From Candidatus Magasanikbacteria bacterium RIFOXYD1_FULL_40_23 (lineage in GTDB: Bacteria; Patescibacteriota; Patescibacteriia; Magasanikbacterales; GWA2-37-8): a DNA stretch of 64,000 bases. Location of the stretch: assembly GCA_001783215.1 (NCBI GenBank), contig MFRA01000008.1, positions 33,312-97,311 of the forward strand. The letters run 5' to 3'. Position numbers and translations under genes: made by a program. Shown piece after piece: positions 19,172 through 29,039 of this stretch (positions are counted from its first letter, which is position 1; every line of letters starts with the position of its first letter). Below the pieces are notes generated by a model. That model saw only the letters and a list, made by a program, of their open reading frames with translations. It was not told the origin of the DNA and ran no database searches.

Positions 19172-19657
19172 TTGTGTATGCAACCCGTTTTACAATCAAT
19201 TATATGCAGGCCGTCATTTAAAGATATTTTTTCTCTGCCCGCTTTGTTTAAACAGGCTGTGGCTACAGATTTTGCTTTTTATAGCGACAAAGTTAAAAAG
19301 AGAATACTACGAAAAAACTCTTTGCGTCGTTTATTTTCTGCCAAGCTGCGCAAGCAGAGAGTGGTGTTTGTTGCCAAAGTAGATGGGAAATGTGTTGGTC
19401 TAATTATTGCCAGCCATAATGCAAATATTGGTATCGTGCATTGGGTCTTTGTTTTAAATGAATATAGAAACAAAAAAATAGGGTCTAATCTTTTGCGCGA
19501 AGTGGAGTTGGAAATGAAAAGACTGGGTTGTCATAAGATAACTCTGACTACGGAAATAGCACCCGAATTTTATAGAAATTTAGGTTATACCGAAGAAGGC
19601 CTCTTAAGGAAACATTGGTGGGGGCAGGATTTTAGTATCATGAGTAAAGTTTTGTAG
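19172..19657 (+). CDS. GNAT family N-acetyltransferase
   Basis: VFVLNEYRNKKIGSNLL acetyl-CoA motif; start may be downstream. Confidence 0.6.
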   Translation: MCMQPVLQSIICRPSFKDIFSLPALFKQAVATDFAFYSDKVKKRILRKNSLRRLFSAKLRKQRVVFVAKVDGKCVGLIIASHNANIGIVHWVFVLNEYRNKKIGSNLLREVELEMKRLGCHKITLTTEIAPEFYRNLGYTEEGLLRKHWWGQDFSIMSKVL

Positions 19658-19773
19658 GTTTTTTTAAAAAAAAGAAGAGCCTATTACCGGGCTCGGGGTC
19701 GGTCCACCCGTTTGTGGCTCTTTGGCCTGTGTTAGACCCAGGCGGGGGTCTTATTTTAGTTTGTTGCGAGATA

Positions 19774-20091
19774 TTACTTTGCCAGTGCCACAATTAGGAT
19801 AATTACATCCAGAAAGAGGTGGGTTTTTATGTATGAGGCTGATGCAGTGTCTTCCTCGGCGTAAATACTCGCCAGAACGAACGAAATGCTGGTCATAAAG
19901 ACGATGACAAGTGTTACGTCTATAACCGTGGACGAGCCTTTCGTTAGTCCTGTAATCAGCAGGATTACATCCAGAAAGAGGTGAAGCTTAACGTAGTTAG
20001 CCAGTCTAACGGCATCTTCCTTGGTTGTGCCTGTCCGAATGGCCAAAAAGCTTGCGATAAAGATGGCAATGAGCGCTATGTTCATCCCCAT
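19774..20091 (-). CDS. small membrane protein with internal 56-aa tandem duplication
   Basis: 22-nt exact direct repeat ggattacatccagaaagaggtg at 19795 and 19963; consensus TTGACA-17-TACTAT promoter and AGGAGA SD upstream; GC higher than flanks. Confidence 0.45.
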   Translation of the reverse strand: MGMNIALIAIFIASFLAIRTGTTKEDAVRLANYVKLHLFLDVILLITGLTKGSSTVIDVTLVIVFMTSISFVLASIYAEEDTASASYIKTHLFLDVIILIVALAK

Positions 20092-20255
20092 GACTGCTTC
20101 TCCTTAGGCCTTGTTCTGTAGGGTACAGAAAGCAAGGTTTTGGTACGATTTTTCCCCTCAGGATACCGTTAAATAGTATCATTTTTAGGCCTTTTTGTCA
20201 ATTTGAACCACCCGCAAATTGCGGCTTTTGTATAGGTGTGATATACTTTGTTTTA

Positions 20256-20403
20256 TATATGGGCTTGGCCGCATATATTCTCGTTCGTAAATAACTAAAC
20301 AAGTTTAGTTATTTAACTCACTCATTTCGATTATATTAAAATATATTCTCATTCGTTCGGAAGCAACCAAGCAAGCTTGTTATTTCGCTCACTCATTTCG
20401 ATT
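20256..20403 (+). repeat. leader-repeat family, two tandem copies (second lacks GC palindrome) ending at ATG 20404
   Basis: tatatgggcttggccgcatatattctcgttcg..ctcactcatttcgattat + atatattctcattcgttcgg..ctcactcatttcgatt then ATG. Confidence 0.7.
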
Positions 20404-20739
20404 ATGAAAAAAGTACTTCCGCTTGATGAAAAATTGGTGGTCAGAATGATGAACAAGTTTGATGCTCAGGTCATTGCCTCTGATTCCAAAGAAAAGCTGG
20501 CCAAACCAGAGGTAAGAGCTAGTATGATTGAGCAGGCGGTAGATGAAATATTGGCTACTAAAAATAGCATCCATTTAGTAAATCGTGAAGCGTATATACA
20601 AGCTGTGAGCAGTCGTTTATTTAGAGAAGAAAAAATAGTAGAAATGGGTGAGGGTGCCTATTTGGAAATGATGAAAGGTGCAAGAGCGGCCGAGCTCAGG
20701 GCTCCGCAGGAAGGTGAAGGTTATCTAAAGAATAAATAA
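20404..20739 (+). CDS. hypothetical soluble protein
   Basis: ORF starting at ATG that abuts leader repeat; ORF-track start 20377 lies inside the repeat. Confidence 0.45.
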   Translation: MKKVLPLDEKLVVRMMNKFDAQVIASDSKEKLAKPEVRASMIEQAVDEILATKNSIHLVNREAYIQAVSSRLFREEKIVEMGEGAYLEMMKGARAAELRAPQEGEGYLKNK

Positions 20740-20763
20740 CTTTTAATCAATCTTGAAAATTAT

Positions 20764-21282
20764 ATGCCAACAGTTTCAAAAAAACAGATATATATAGCCA
20801 TAGCCGCTGCTTTGTTTATAATAGTTTTATACTTTGTTTTTAGAAACAAAGATGGCGCTTCCGAAAATCAGACCGGAAATTTACCTGGTATGGAAAGTCA
20901 GGATTCTTTTGCTACTTCTACCAGCTCAACTTCTCCAGCCACTACTGCACCGAAGAAAAGCATAACACCTACAAAAACAACACAGCCACCGCTCTCTGCT
21001 ACCCAAAGATATTTGGATGCAATTAGAATGTACAAAAATGTTGGTTATTATTTCCAATTCGTAGACTGTCATGGTTTGCCTGGCACCATTACTCTAAAAA
21101 AGGGCAAGAAATTTATGTTGGACAATCGAGACCCGGAATCCCATAAGATTGCGATTGTGGGTGGTCAGAGCTTTACCATTGGCGCTTACAACTTCGCTAT
21201 TGCTACCGCGCCTTCTACTGCTGGCACTCATTATATAACTTGTGATGGGGGTGGAGCCGCTGCTATTGTGGTGCAACAGTAG
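20764..21282 (+). CDS. membrane-anchored hypothetical protein with Thr/Ser/Pro-rich linker
   Basis: N-terminal TM, low-complexity linker, C-terminal globular part. Confidence 0.45.
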   Translation: MPTVSKKQIYIAIAAALFIIVLYFVFRNKDGASENQTGNLPGMESQDSFATSTSSTSPATTAPKKSITPTKTTQPPLSATQRYLDAIRMYKNVGYYFQFVDCHGLPGTITLKKGKKFMLDNRDPESHKIAIVGGQSFTIGAYNFAIATAPSTAGTHYITCDGGGAAAIVVQQ

Positions 21283-21386
21283 GTTTTATTCCAAACTATT
21301 TATATCAAAAACAGCTTTGAATAAGAGCTGTTTTTGATTATAGAGCATTTGCCAAGCTGGTATATTTTTAGTAGAATATTACCTAT

Positions 21387-21689
21387 ATGTCTTTATCAAT
21401 TGAAGAAGTAAAAAAGATTGCTCAGCTTTCTAGAATTAAATTAACTTCGGAAGAAGAGCAAAGACACGCCGTTACCATTTCGGCTGTTTTAGATTACATG
21501 AAAATTTTAAATGAAGTTGATATAAATGGTGTAGATCCTACTTTTCAGGTAACTGGTTTAGAAGACGTGATTCGAGTGGATGAATCAAGGGATTGTAATA
21601 TTATAAAAGAATTAATGGCGCAAATGCCAGAAATAGAAAGCAACGAGCTGGTTGTGCCAGGCGTGTTTGCCGAAGTTATTGAAGAATAG
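21387..21689 (+). CDS. gatC: Asp/Glu-tRNA amidotransferase subunit C
   Basis: GatC-like N-terminus; immediately upstream of gatA. Confidence 0.8.
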   Translation: MSLSIEEVKKIAQLSRIKLTSEEEQRHAVTISAVLDYMKILNEVDINGVDPTFQVTGLEDVIRVDESRDCNIIKELMAQMPEIESNELVVPGVFAEVIEE

Positions 21690-21712
21690 GAATTAAAGTC
21701 CATAAAATCTTT

Positions 21713-23143
21713 ATGCAATTAAACGAACTTACAATCAAAGAAGCACAAGAAGGCTTGAGAAGCAAAAAATTTACGTCTGTAGAATTGACTAAAGTGTGTT
21801 TGGATAGAATAAAGGCAAGAAACAAAGATGTTAATGCTTTTATTACTGTTTGCGAAGAATCTGCATTAGAAGAAGCGCGCGTAGCCGATGGTTTGTTAAG
21901 TTCCGGCCAAGATAGTCCGCTTACTGGTATTCCTTTTTCTGTAAAAGACGCTATTTGTACCGCCGGCGTGCGCTCCACCGGCTCTGCCAAAATTTTGGAT
22001 AATTATACACCGCCTTACGACGCAACTGTAATTGGTAAAATTAGAAAACAAGGTGGGGTTTTAGTTGGAAAAAATAACTGTGATGCGTTTGGTCATGGTG
22101 CTAGCAATGAAAATAGTATGTATGGTCCGGTAAGTAATCCGCATGATTTGTCTAAAGTTGCTGGCGGCTCATCCGGAGGTTCGGCAGCAGCCGTGGCCGA
22201 CAATATGTGTATTTATTCTATTGCCGAAGATACAGGCGGTTCTATTCGCCAGCCGGCTAGTTTTTGTGGAGCATCCGGTTTTCGTCCAAGCTATGGTCGT
22301 AATTCTCGTTTTGGAATTATGCCAATGGCTTCTTCTCTAGATACTGTTGGTCCAATCACCAAAACAACTTATGATGCCGCCTTGGTAATGAGCCAGATTG
22401 CCGGACAAGATATCTTGGATGGCACAACACTTCATGATTCTGTACCAAATTATTTGGAGAAAATAAATGAAGACTTATCTGGTTTGCGTGTAGGAATTCC
22501 AAAAGAATACTTTGAATTAGAAGGACTAGATAGCGAAGTAAAAGAAATTACTGCCAAACAAATTGATAAATTAAAAGAATTAGGATGTAAGGTAGAAGAA
22601 GTAAGTTTACCGCATACGAAATACGCTATTGCTGTGTATTATATTTTGGTACCTTGCGAGGATAGTTCCAATTTGGGCAGGCTAGACGGTATACGATATG
22701 GTGTCAGGCAAAAAGGCAAAGACCTTTACGACTTGTATGCAGGGTCTCGTGCAACCGGTTTTCCAGAAGAAGTGAAACGCCGTATTCTTATTGGTACGTA
22801 TGCTTTGTCAGCCGGTTATTACGACGCATATTACAAAAAAGCCCAGACCGTACGTACTTTAATCAAAAGGGATTTTGATGAAGTTTTCAAAAAAGTTGAT
22901 TTACTTATTACTCCAACTTCTCCATTTCCTGCTTTTGGAGTGGGAGAAAAAAAGGACGATCCACTTGCGTTATATATGGCCGACGTTATGGTATCTCCAG
23001 CAGCTATCGCGGGTGTGCCAGCCTTGTCTGTGCCTTCGGGCAAAAATTCAGCTGGTTTACCGGTAGGTGTACAGATTATCGGTTCTAGATACGGAGAAGA
23101 GAAAATTTTTAGAGTAGGTTCTAAATTAGAAATAATTAATTAA
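21713..23143 (+). CDS. gatA: Asp/Glu-tRNA amidotransferase subunit A (amidase signature)
   Basis: GGSSGGSAAAVA amidase signature. Confidence 0.9.
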   Translation: MQLNELTIKEAQEGLRSKKFTSVELTKVCLDRIKARNKDVNAFITVCEESALEEARVADGLLSSGQDSPLTGIPFSVKDAICTAGVRSTGSAKILDNYTPPYDATVIGKIRKQGGVLVGKNNCDAFGHGASNENSMYGPVSNPHDLSKVAGGSSGGSAAAVADNMCIYSIAEDTGGSIRQPASFCGASGFRPSYGRNSRFGIMPMASSLDTVGPITKTTYDAALVMSQIAGQDILDGTTLHDSVPNYLEKINEDLSGLRVGIPKEYFELEGLDSEVKEITAKQIDKLKELGCKVEEVSLPHTKYAIAVYYILVPCEDSSNLGRLDGIRYGVRQKGKDLYDLYAGSRATGFPEEVKRRILIGTYALSAGYYDAYYKKAQTVRTLIKRDFDEVFKKVDLLITPTSPFPAFGVGEKKDDPLALYMADVMVSPAAIAGVPALSVPSGKNSAGLPVGVQIIGSRYGEEKIFRVGSKLEIIN

Positions 23144-23146
23144 TTT

Positions 23147-24502
23147 ATGCCTAAGTCTTCTAAAAATATTTCTGTTTCCGAAGAGTCGGTAACAGAAAAA
23201 AGAATGGGTCCTATTTTGGCCGGTGAAGTGGTTAACTATAGGGATAGTTGGAGAATCTTTAGGATTATTACCGAATTCGTAGAAGGGTTCCAATTTTTGA
23301 GTGAATTAAAAAGAGAAGTTACTATCATGGGTTCGGCTCGTCTTCCGGTAAATAATAAATATTATAAAATCGCCGAGGATTTGGGTAATTTGCTTGGAAA
23401 ACATGGCTTTACCACTATTACTGGTGGCGGTCCTGGTATTATGGAAGCGGCCAATAAAGGGGCATTTGAGGCCGGGGGCGAATCTGTGGGGTTAAATATC
23501 CAGCTTCCGTTTGAGCAGCGCATGAATCCATATGTCAAAAAATCAGCCGCCTTTTTTTATTTTTTTAGTCGCAAGGTAATGCTTACTGGTCCGGCCAACG
23601 CCTTTGTGTTTTTTCCTGGTGGCTTTGGTACCCTGGATGAATTTTTTGAAGTTGTAGACAATATGGAAATGGGGAATATGCAGAAAGTGCCGGTGATTTT
23701 GGTTGGAAAAGAGTTTTGGGAGCCGGTCGTTAGTTTTTTAAAAGCAAAATCAGCCCGCGAAGCGCATTCAGTAGATGAGACAGAGGTAGATAGATGGCAT
23801 ATCGTAGATAATGCCGAGGATGCTTTTGATTTAATTAAAAATATTTCGGATGTACCTGCCTGCGATATAGATCCGAATAATTTATTTTGCCAAGGGGGAA
23901 GAGATTGGAGTATTTTTAGAATCATGGCCGAGCTAGTAGATGGGTTTGAATTTTTAACCAAGATTTCTAACGCTGTAACCGTTTTGGGTACAAAAAGCTT
24001 ATTGCCTGGAACAGCATATTATAATTCCGCTTATGAAATGGGTCAGGTATTGGCTCAAAATCAATTTGCCACAGTTACTGGCGGTGGGCCCGGTATTATG
24101 GAAGCAGCTAACAAAGGTGCTTTTGAAAAAGGTGGTGTAAGTATTGGAATAAATATGCGTGTAGATAGGGGAGAAAGAGTAAATAATTATATTACCAAAT
24201 CAATCGGTTTCTTTTTTCCTTTTGTGCGCAAACTTATTATCACCACGCCTTCCGAAGCCTTTGTATATTTTCCAGGCGGGTTTGGCACGCTGCATCAGCT
24301 TTTTGAACTGCTTACTCTACAAGAAACCGGCAAAATTAAGCCTATACCCACATTGCTTTACGGGCGCGAATTTTGGCAGCCACTTCTCGATATAATCCAC
24401 AATTTGTATTACGAATTCAAAACTATCAACCAGCTGGATGAAGATTTTTTGAAAGTCATAGATGATCCAAAAGATGTTCTTCAATATTTAAATAAACCAT
24501 GA
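23147..24502 (+). CDS. tandem-duplicated LOG/TIGR00730 family Rossmann-fold protein
   Basis: Two repeats each with TGGGPGIMEAANKGA and PGGFGTL motifs. Confidence 0.7.
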   Translation: MPKSSKNISVSEESVTEKRMGPILAGEVVNYRDSWRIFRIITEFVEGFQFLSELKREVTIMGSARLPVNNKYYKIAEDLGNLLGKHGFTTITGGGPGIMEAANKGAFEAGGESVGLNIQLPFEQRMNPYVKKSAAFFYFFSRKVMLTGPANAFVFFPGGFGTLDEFFEVVDNMEMGNMQKVPVILVGKEFWEPVVSFLKAKSAREAHSVDETEVDRWHIVDNAEDAFDLIKNISDVPACDIDPNNLFCQGGRDWSIFRIMAELVDGFEFLTKISNAVTVLGTKSLLPGTAYYNSAYEMGQVLAQNQFATVTGGGPGIMEAANKGAFEKGGVSIGINMRVDRGERVNNYITKSIGFFFPFVRKLIITTPSEAFVYFPGGFGTLHQLFELLTLQETGKIKPIPTLLYGREFWQPLLDIIHNLYYEFKTINQLDEDFLKVIDDPKDVLQYLNKP

Positions 24503-25299
24503 TTCCATTTTTTCAGGCAGACAGTTTTAGTATTGGGCCAGTCGTGTTTCAGGTCTGGGGTCTTTTTGTGGCCTTGGGGCTGTCATTCGCCATAACCTTT
24601 GCATATTTTTTGTGTAAAAAATATTTATTTTCCGGAGAAGTTATTCTTGATATTGCGATTTGGGTTTTGGTTGGAGCGTTTATTATGGCCAGAGTATTTC
24701 ATGTTATATTTTATAACCCTGTTTATTTTATTGACAATCCAAGCGAGGTCATTAAACTTTGGCATGGCGGGGCTTCGTCTTTGGGAGGGTTTGTGGGGGC
24801 AGGCTTAAGTTTGTGGCTTTTTGCCAAAAAAAGAAAGTTTAGTTTTAAAGAGTTGTTACCGTATATAGATATAGGTGTTTTGGGATTGTGGTTGGGCTGG
24901 GGAGTTGGTAGGTTGGGTTGCTTTTTAATTCACGATCATCCGGGCACTCTTACCAGTTTTGTTTTGGGTGTAAATTATCCCGGCGGCGCTAGATTTGATC
25001 TTGGGCTCATGGAATCAATTTTGGGGTTTGTCTTGTTTATAGTTTTTTATCTTTTATTTAAAAGATTAATCAAAATTCGTTGGGGTTTGGTAGCTGGGTT
25101 ATCTATTGGTACTTATGCGGTTGCCAGATTTTTCTTGGATTTTTTGCGAATCCCCGCTAATTTGCCCGGGGGTGATGCTCGGTATGGAAGTCTTACTCCA
25201 GCTCAGTGGGGAATGTTATTTGTGTTAGCCTCATTGACTTTGTATTTTATTTTAAGTAAAATGAAGCGAACAAAAGTTAAGAACGGAGAGGTCGCATAG
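24499..25299 (+). CDS. lgt: prolipoprotein diacylglyceryl transferase
   Basis: LWHGGASSLGGFVGAG signature. Confidence 0.8.
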   Translation: MIPFFQADSFSIGPVVFQVWGLFVALGLSFAITFAYFLCKKYLFSGEVILDIAIWVLVGAFIMARVFHVIFYNPVYFIDNPSEVIKLWHGGASSLGGFVGAGLSLWLFAKKRKFSFKELLPYIDIGVLGLWLGWGVGRLGCFLIHDHPGTLTSFVLGVNYPGGARFDLGLMESILGFVLFIVFYLLFKRLIKIRWGLVAGLSIGTYAVARFFLDFLRIPANLPGGDARYGSLTPAQWGMLFVLASLTLYFILSKMKRTKVKNGEVA

Positions 25300-25369
25300 T
25301 GGCCTAGTGCGCCGCCTTGGAAAGGCGGTATACCGCAAGGTATCGAGGGTTCAACTCCCTCCCTCTCCG
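25285..25369 (+). tRNA. tRNA-Ser(GGA)
   Basis: Acceptor ggagagg/cctctcc, anticodon loop cttGGAaa, long variable arm, T-loop ttcaact; the ORFs 25203..25535(-) and 25304..25561(-) over it are spurious. Confidence 0.8.
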
Positions 25370-25374
25370 CAGCA

Positions 25375-25397
25375 AAAACCCGAAAGGGTTTTTTTGG
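25375..25397 (+). terminator. rho-independent terminator
   Basis: aaacccgaaagggttt + T-run. Confidence 0.6.
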
Positions 25398-25672
25398 TAA
25401 GCGGAGAGGAGTGACCAAACTGCTTTGGTCACGTGAGGAGTTGAACGCCGGAGCGATGTTGTGTGACGCAGGTGGGCGAACACAACCGCGAGGCGGCCCG
25501 CCCGGATGAATCCGTTCGGACGGGTGGCTAGACAAAATTTTCGGAAGAAAATTTTAGTCAAAGCTAACTCCTTTCGTGCGCTTCTATAATTAAGCCCCCT
25601 ATAAATGTAACGTAGCCCTACTATTAAAGGATATGGTATACTTAGAGTATCTTTGTATATTATTTTTTAATT

Positions 25673-26065
25673 ATGTCTCTTATCCAAGAATTTAAATCGT
25701 TTGCCATAAAAGGAAATGTTACCGATCTAGCTGTAGGTGTTGTAATTGGTGGCGCTTTTGGAAAAATCGTCACTTCCTTGGTAAACGATATTATAATGCC
25801 ACCAGTTGGTTTTTTGCTTGGTGGTATAGACTTTAAAAATTTAAAGTTTTTATTATCAAGTACGGCTAACGGAGGGGCGGGCATAACTTTCGCTTATGGT
25901 AATTTTATTCAAATTATTATTGAATTTGTAATTATCGCGTTTGCAGTATTTATGATGGTAAAAGTTTTAAATAAGCTTAAGAAAAAAGAGGCTGAACAGC
26001 CAACTTCGCCTCCTAGTCAAGAAGTTGCATTGCTTACTGAGATTAGGGATTTACTGAAAAAATAA
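25673..26065 (+). CDS. mscL: large-conductance mechanosensitive channel
   Basis: MscL N-terminus [24 protein letters not shown]. Confidence 0.85.
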   Translation: MSLIQEFKSFAIKGNVTDLAVGVVIGGAFGKIVTSLVNDIIMPPVGFLLGGIDFKNLKFLLSSTANGGAGITFAYGNFIQIIIEFVIIAFAVFMMVKVLNKLKKKEAEQPTSPPSQEVALLTEIRDLLKK

Positions 26066-26108
26066 AAGCCTTCTATCTAAGTTGTTTTTGTGGTAGAATG
26101 TATGTGCT

Positions 26109-26684
26109 ATGCTAGAACCAATAAAGATAACCTTTGCCGATAAGATCTTAGCGAAGGTTTTTCTGCCTCTTTTTCCGATGTGGATAAGGCCAAACCATCT
26201 TACGGCCTTGCGTTTATTTTTGACCCCTTTAGTAATTTGGTTGTTTTGGAATGAGCGCTATCTAGGTGGGGGGATATTATTTATACTTACTGCTTTTACC
26301 GACGCGCTAGACGGCGCTATGGCCAGAACTAGAAATCAAGTAACTAGTTTTGGTAAAATGTTTGACCCTTTGGCCGACAAAATCCTTATTTGTACGGTTG
26401 TTTATATTTTGGTTTTAAAGTATGTAAATGTTTATGCTGCTTGGATTATTATTGTTTTAGAAGCAGTAATTATTTTGGCTGCTCTGATTAAGAGAGGCAA
26501 CGGCAGTACCCACATACAATCCAATATTTGGGGGAAGATAAAAATGAACTTACAGGTTTGGGGAGTAGTTATCCTTTTATTATCTATTGTTTTTAATATA
26601 GAGCAATTGTTGGCTGTGTCGCAAGGCACTTTCTATCTGGCGATTGCCTTCGCTACCATGAGTCTTTTTACATACGGTATATAA
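26109..26684 (+). CDS. CDP-alcohol phosphatidyltransferase family protein
   Basis: DALDGAMAR...G...DPLADK signature. Confidence 0.7.
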   Translation: MLEPIKITFADKILAKVFLPLFPMWIRPNHLTALRLFLTPLVIWLFWNERYLGGGILFILTAFTDALDGAMARTRNQVTSFGKMFDPLADKILICTVVYILVLKYVNVYAAWIIIVLEAVIILAALIKRGNGSTHIQSNIWGKIKMNLQVWGVVILLLSIVFNIEQLLAVSQGTFYLAIAFATMSLFTYGI

Positions 26685-26717
26685 TAAAATATAGTTTAAT
26701 TTATTAATTTAAGTAGT

Positions 26718-27194
26718 ATGTCAAAACTACAAAGCGCATCACTGTTTGTTCTGCGGGTAATCATGGGCTGGTTTTTTTTCTACGCTGGCATTACCAAAGT
26801 TCTTAACCCGGCTTGGTCTTCTGCCGGTTATATAAAAGGCGCTAGCACCGCTGCTGGGCTTTATCAGATGTTTTTGAATCCACAAATTTTGGTGGTAGTA
26901 GACTTTATGGTGAAGTGGGGGCTTGTATTACTAGGAGTATCTTTAGTGTTGGGTGTATGTGTTCGTCTTAGTTCTTATCTAGGAGCCTTGCTTATGTTTT
27001 TGTTGTATTTGCCAATTCTCAAATTCCCTATGGCAGGCGCACATTCTTATATAGTAGATGAGCATATTATTTATATTGTCGTATTATTTGTATTGGCGCA
27101 TTTCCAAGCTGGTTATGTTTGGGGGTTAGGACGTTGGTTTTCCAATTTACATATTTTTACAAAATATCCGAAGTTAGGAGCTTGGTTAAGGTAA
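26718..27194 (+). CDS. DoxX family membrane protein
   Basis: 4-TM protein with DoxX-like N-terminus. Confidence 0.55.
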   Translation: MSKLQSASLFVLRVIMGWFFFYAGITKVLNPAWSSAGYIKGASTAAGLYQMFLNPQILVVVDFMVKWGLVLLGVSLVLGVCVRLSSYLGALLMFLLYLPILKFPMAGAHSYIVDEHIIYIVVLFVLAHFQAGYVWGLGRWFSNLHIFTKYPKLGAWLR

Positions 27195-27239
27195 AACTTA
27201 GTTAAATAACAAAAAACCCTGGATAACCAGGGTTTTTTG

Positions 27240-27689
27240 TTATGATATAGTAATTTTTCTTTGGTTGGAATCTTGGGAGTGTTCTATGTTAATTATCTTC
27301 ATCTTCTCTTTATTAAGAGCTTTGTTCTTTAATATATTTATAATTTTTTCGGGCCATTCTACAAGGCAGACAGTGTTGTCTTTTCCCAAGTAGTCTTCCA
27401 CGCCTATTTCTAGTAGCTCTTTTTCGTGTTTTAGGCGGTAGGTATCAATATGAACCATTGTTTCTATTTTTCTCTTTTTATCTTTTATATCGTAAATATT
27501 CATTAGGGTAAAAGTAGGGCTGGTGATTTCGTTTTGTATACCAAGTCCTTTGGCGATGCCCTTTACCAAGGCTGTTTTGCCAGCGCCCAAATCTCCCGAG
27601 AGTAATAAGATATCACCGCCTGTAAGTTTTTGTGATAATTTAATACCGAACTTTTCGGTTTCTTGGGGAGAGTTAGTGGTTATTGTCAT
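27240..27689 (-). CDS. tsaE: tRNA threonylcarbamoyladenosine biosynthesis ATPase TsaE
   Basis: P-loop SGDLGAGKT and TsaE-like length. Confidence 0.8.
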   Translation of the reverse strand: MTITTNSPQETEKFGIKLSQKLTGGDILLLSGDLGAGKTALVKGIAKGLGIQNEITSPTFTLMNIYDIKDKKRKIETMVHIDTYRLKHEKELLEIGVEDYLGKDNTVCLVEWPEKIINILKNKALNKEKMKIINIEHSQDSNQRKITIS

Positions 27690-27804
27690 ATTATGTTAGT
27701 CAGTTATATGAGCACAATTGTATCACTTGGTATATAAAAATCAACTTTTAAACTTGAAGCCGGCACTTGGAGTGCCGGCGGGTAGCGGAGATACTTCTTC
27801 ATAA

Positions 27805-28014
27805 TTATTCCTCCTTTTTAGGGGAGAAAAAAATTGCATAAACAATCAAGAAGTGAACAACACCTATCAGAATAAGTGCAGAAGACCAAAGAAACTCTTC
27901 TTTTGCCAGTAGCGCAGTTGCTGCAGCTAAGTAGACTAGGCAAAAGCATAAGGTAACTTTGTGTGAACTTCTAATTTTTTTCATGCCACATCTCCATTTC
28001 TCGGGTTGAAGCAA
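27805..28014 (-). CDS. small hypothetical membrane protein
   Basis: 69-aa ORF with 2 TM; weak. Confidence 0.3.
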   Translation of the reverse strand: MLQPEKWRCGMKKIRSSHKVTLCFCLVYLAAATALLAKEEFLWSSALILIGVVHFLIVYAIFFSPKKEE

Positions 28015-28150
28015 CCCGCATGTTGGTGCGGACTATTTCAGCCGAAATATACTATGTATGTAATAGTATATTTTACAGACTGTCAATTAATTTTTTGATA
28101 GAAAACAAAGACCGCTTGGGTTATCAAGCGGTCTTTGTTTTTATGAAGAT

Positions 28151-28327
28151 TTTAGGCCATTTTCTTTACCATTGTGCGGCGGCAGCTGGAGCAAGCTTTT
28201 ACGCTTTTTCCTTCTACTTTTACCAATTGTAAATTTGGGTTTTGTCTGCGGGGTACTTTTACATTGGAGTGGCTCACATGATTGGCGCGAACGGCTGATT
28301 TTTCACAAACATCGCATGCTCTGGACA
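28151..28327 (-). CDS. rpmB: 50S ribosomal protein L28 (Zn-ribbon variant), missed by ORF track
   Basis: Hand translation: MSRACDVCEKSAVRANHVSHSNVKVPRRQNPNLQLVKVEGKSVKACSSCRRTMVKKMA; matches L28 pattern MSR.C.V..K....N.VSHSN.K..R...PNLQ. Confidence 0.6.
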
Positions 28328-28367
28328 TATTTGAAAGTTTAGGGGTTTTTAAGTATACTTAAAAGTA

Positions 28368-29015
28368 ATGTTTAGAGTATACTTTAATTTTGAAGATTTG
28401 TCAAGAATATATAAGTTAAATATGGATTTCATTTTTTACTTCTTGGTCATTGTCCCTTCAGCCATTATTCACGAATATGCCCATGGTTGGGTGGCCGATA
28501 TGTTGGGTGATCCTACCGCTCGCTATGCTGGCAGGCTTACAGTAAATCCAGTGCCCCATATAGATCTTTGGGGTACCATACTTATGCCTATCGTGCTGGC
28601 TGTTCTTACAGGGGGAAAGTTCCTTTTTGCTTATGCAAAGCCAGTGCCGTACAACCCGTATAATTTGAAAGACCAAAAATGGGGTCCGGTAATGGTGGCT
28701 TTGGCCGGACCAGCAGCCAATTTCTTGCTAGCTGTGGCTTTTGCTTTGGTAATACGCATAATGCCAGTTTCTAACTTCTCTTCTATTTTGGCCACTATAG
28801 TTTATGCCAATGTAATGCTTATGATTTTTAACTTGGTGCCAATTCCTCCGCTAGATGGTTCCAAGGTTTTGTATGCAATTTTGCCAAACTCCGCCCACGA
28901 GATTAAGAATTTTCTAGACAGATATGGGTTTATGGTTCTGTTATTTTTTGTCTTCTTTTTGTTCGAACTTATTTCACCGCTTATAGACGGATTATTTAGA
29001 TTGTTAGTTGGTTAA
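28368..29015 (+). CDS. site-2 protease (peptidase M50) family membrane protein
   Basis: HEYAHGW zinc motif and PIPPLDGSKV; start probably at Met near 28420. Confidence 0.65.
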   Translation: MFRVYFNFEDLSRIYKLNMDFIFYFLVIVPSAIIHEYAHGWVADMLGDPTARYAGRLTVNPVPHIDLWGTILMPIVLAVLTGGKFLFAYAKPVPYNPYNLKDQKWGPVMVALAGPAANFLLAVAFALVIRIMPVSNFSSILATIVYANVMLMIFNLVPIPPLDGSKVLYAILPNSAHEIKNFLDRYGFMVLLFFVFFLFELISPLIDGLFRLLVG

Positions 29016-29039
29016 ATTAATTCTTAATCACATACCTAT

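Noticed and set aside
25203-25561. ORFs 25203..25535 (-) and 25304..25561 (-)
   Set aside because: They overlap tRNA-Ser and its terminator on the opposite strand and have no start context.
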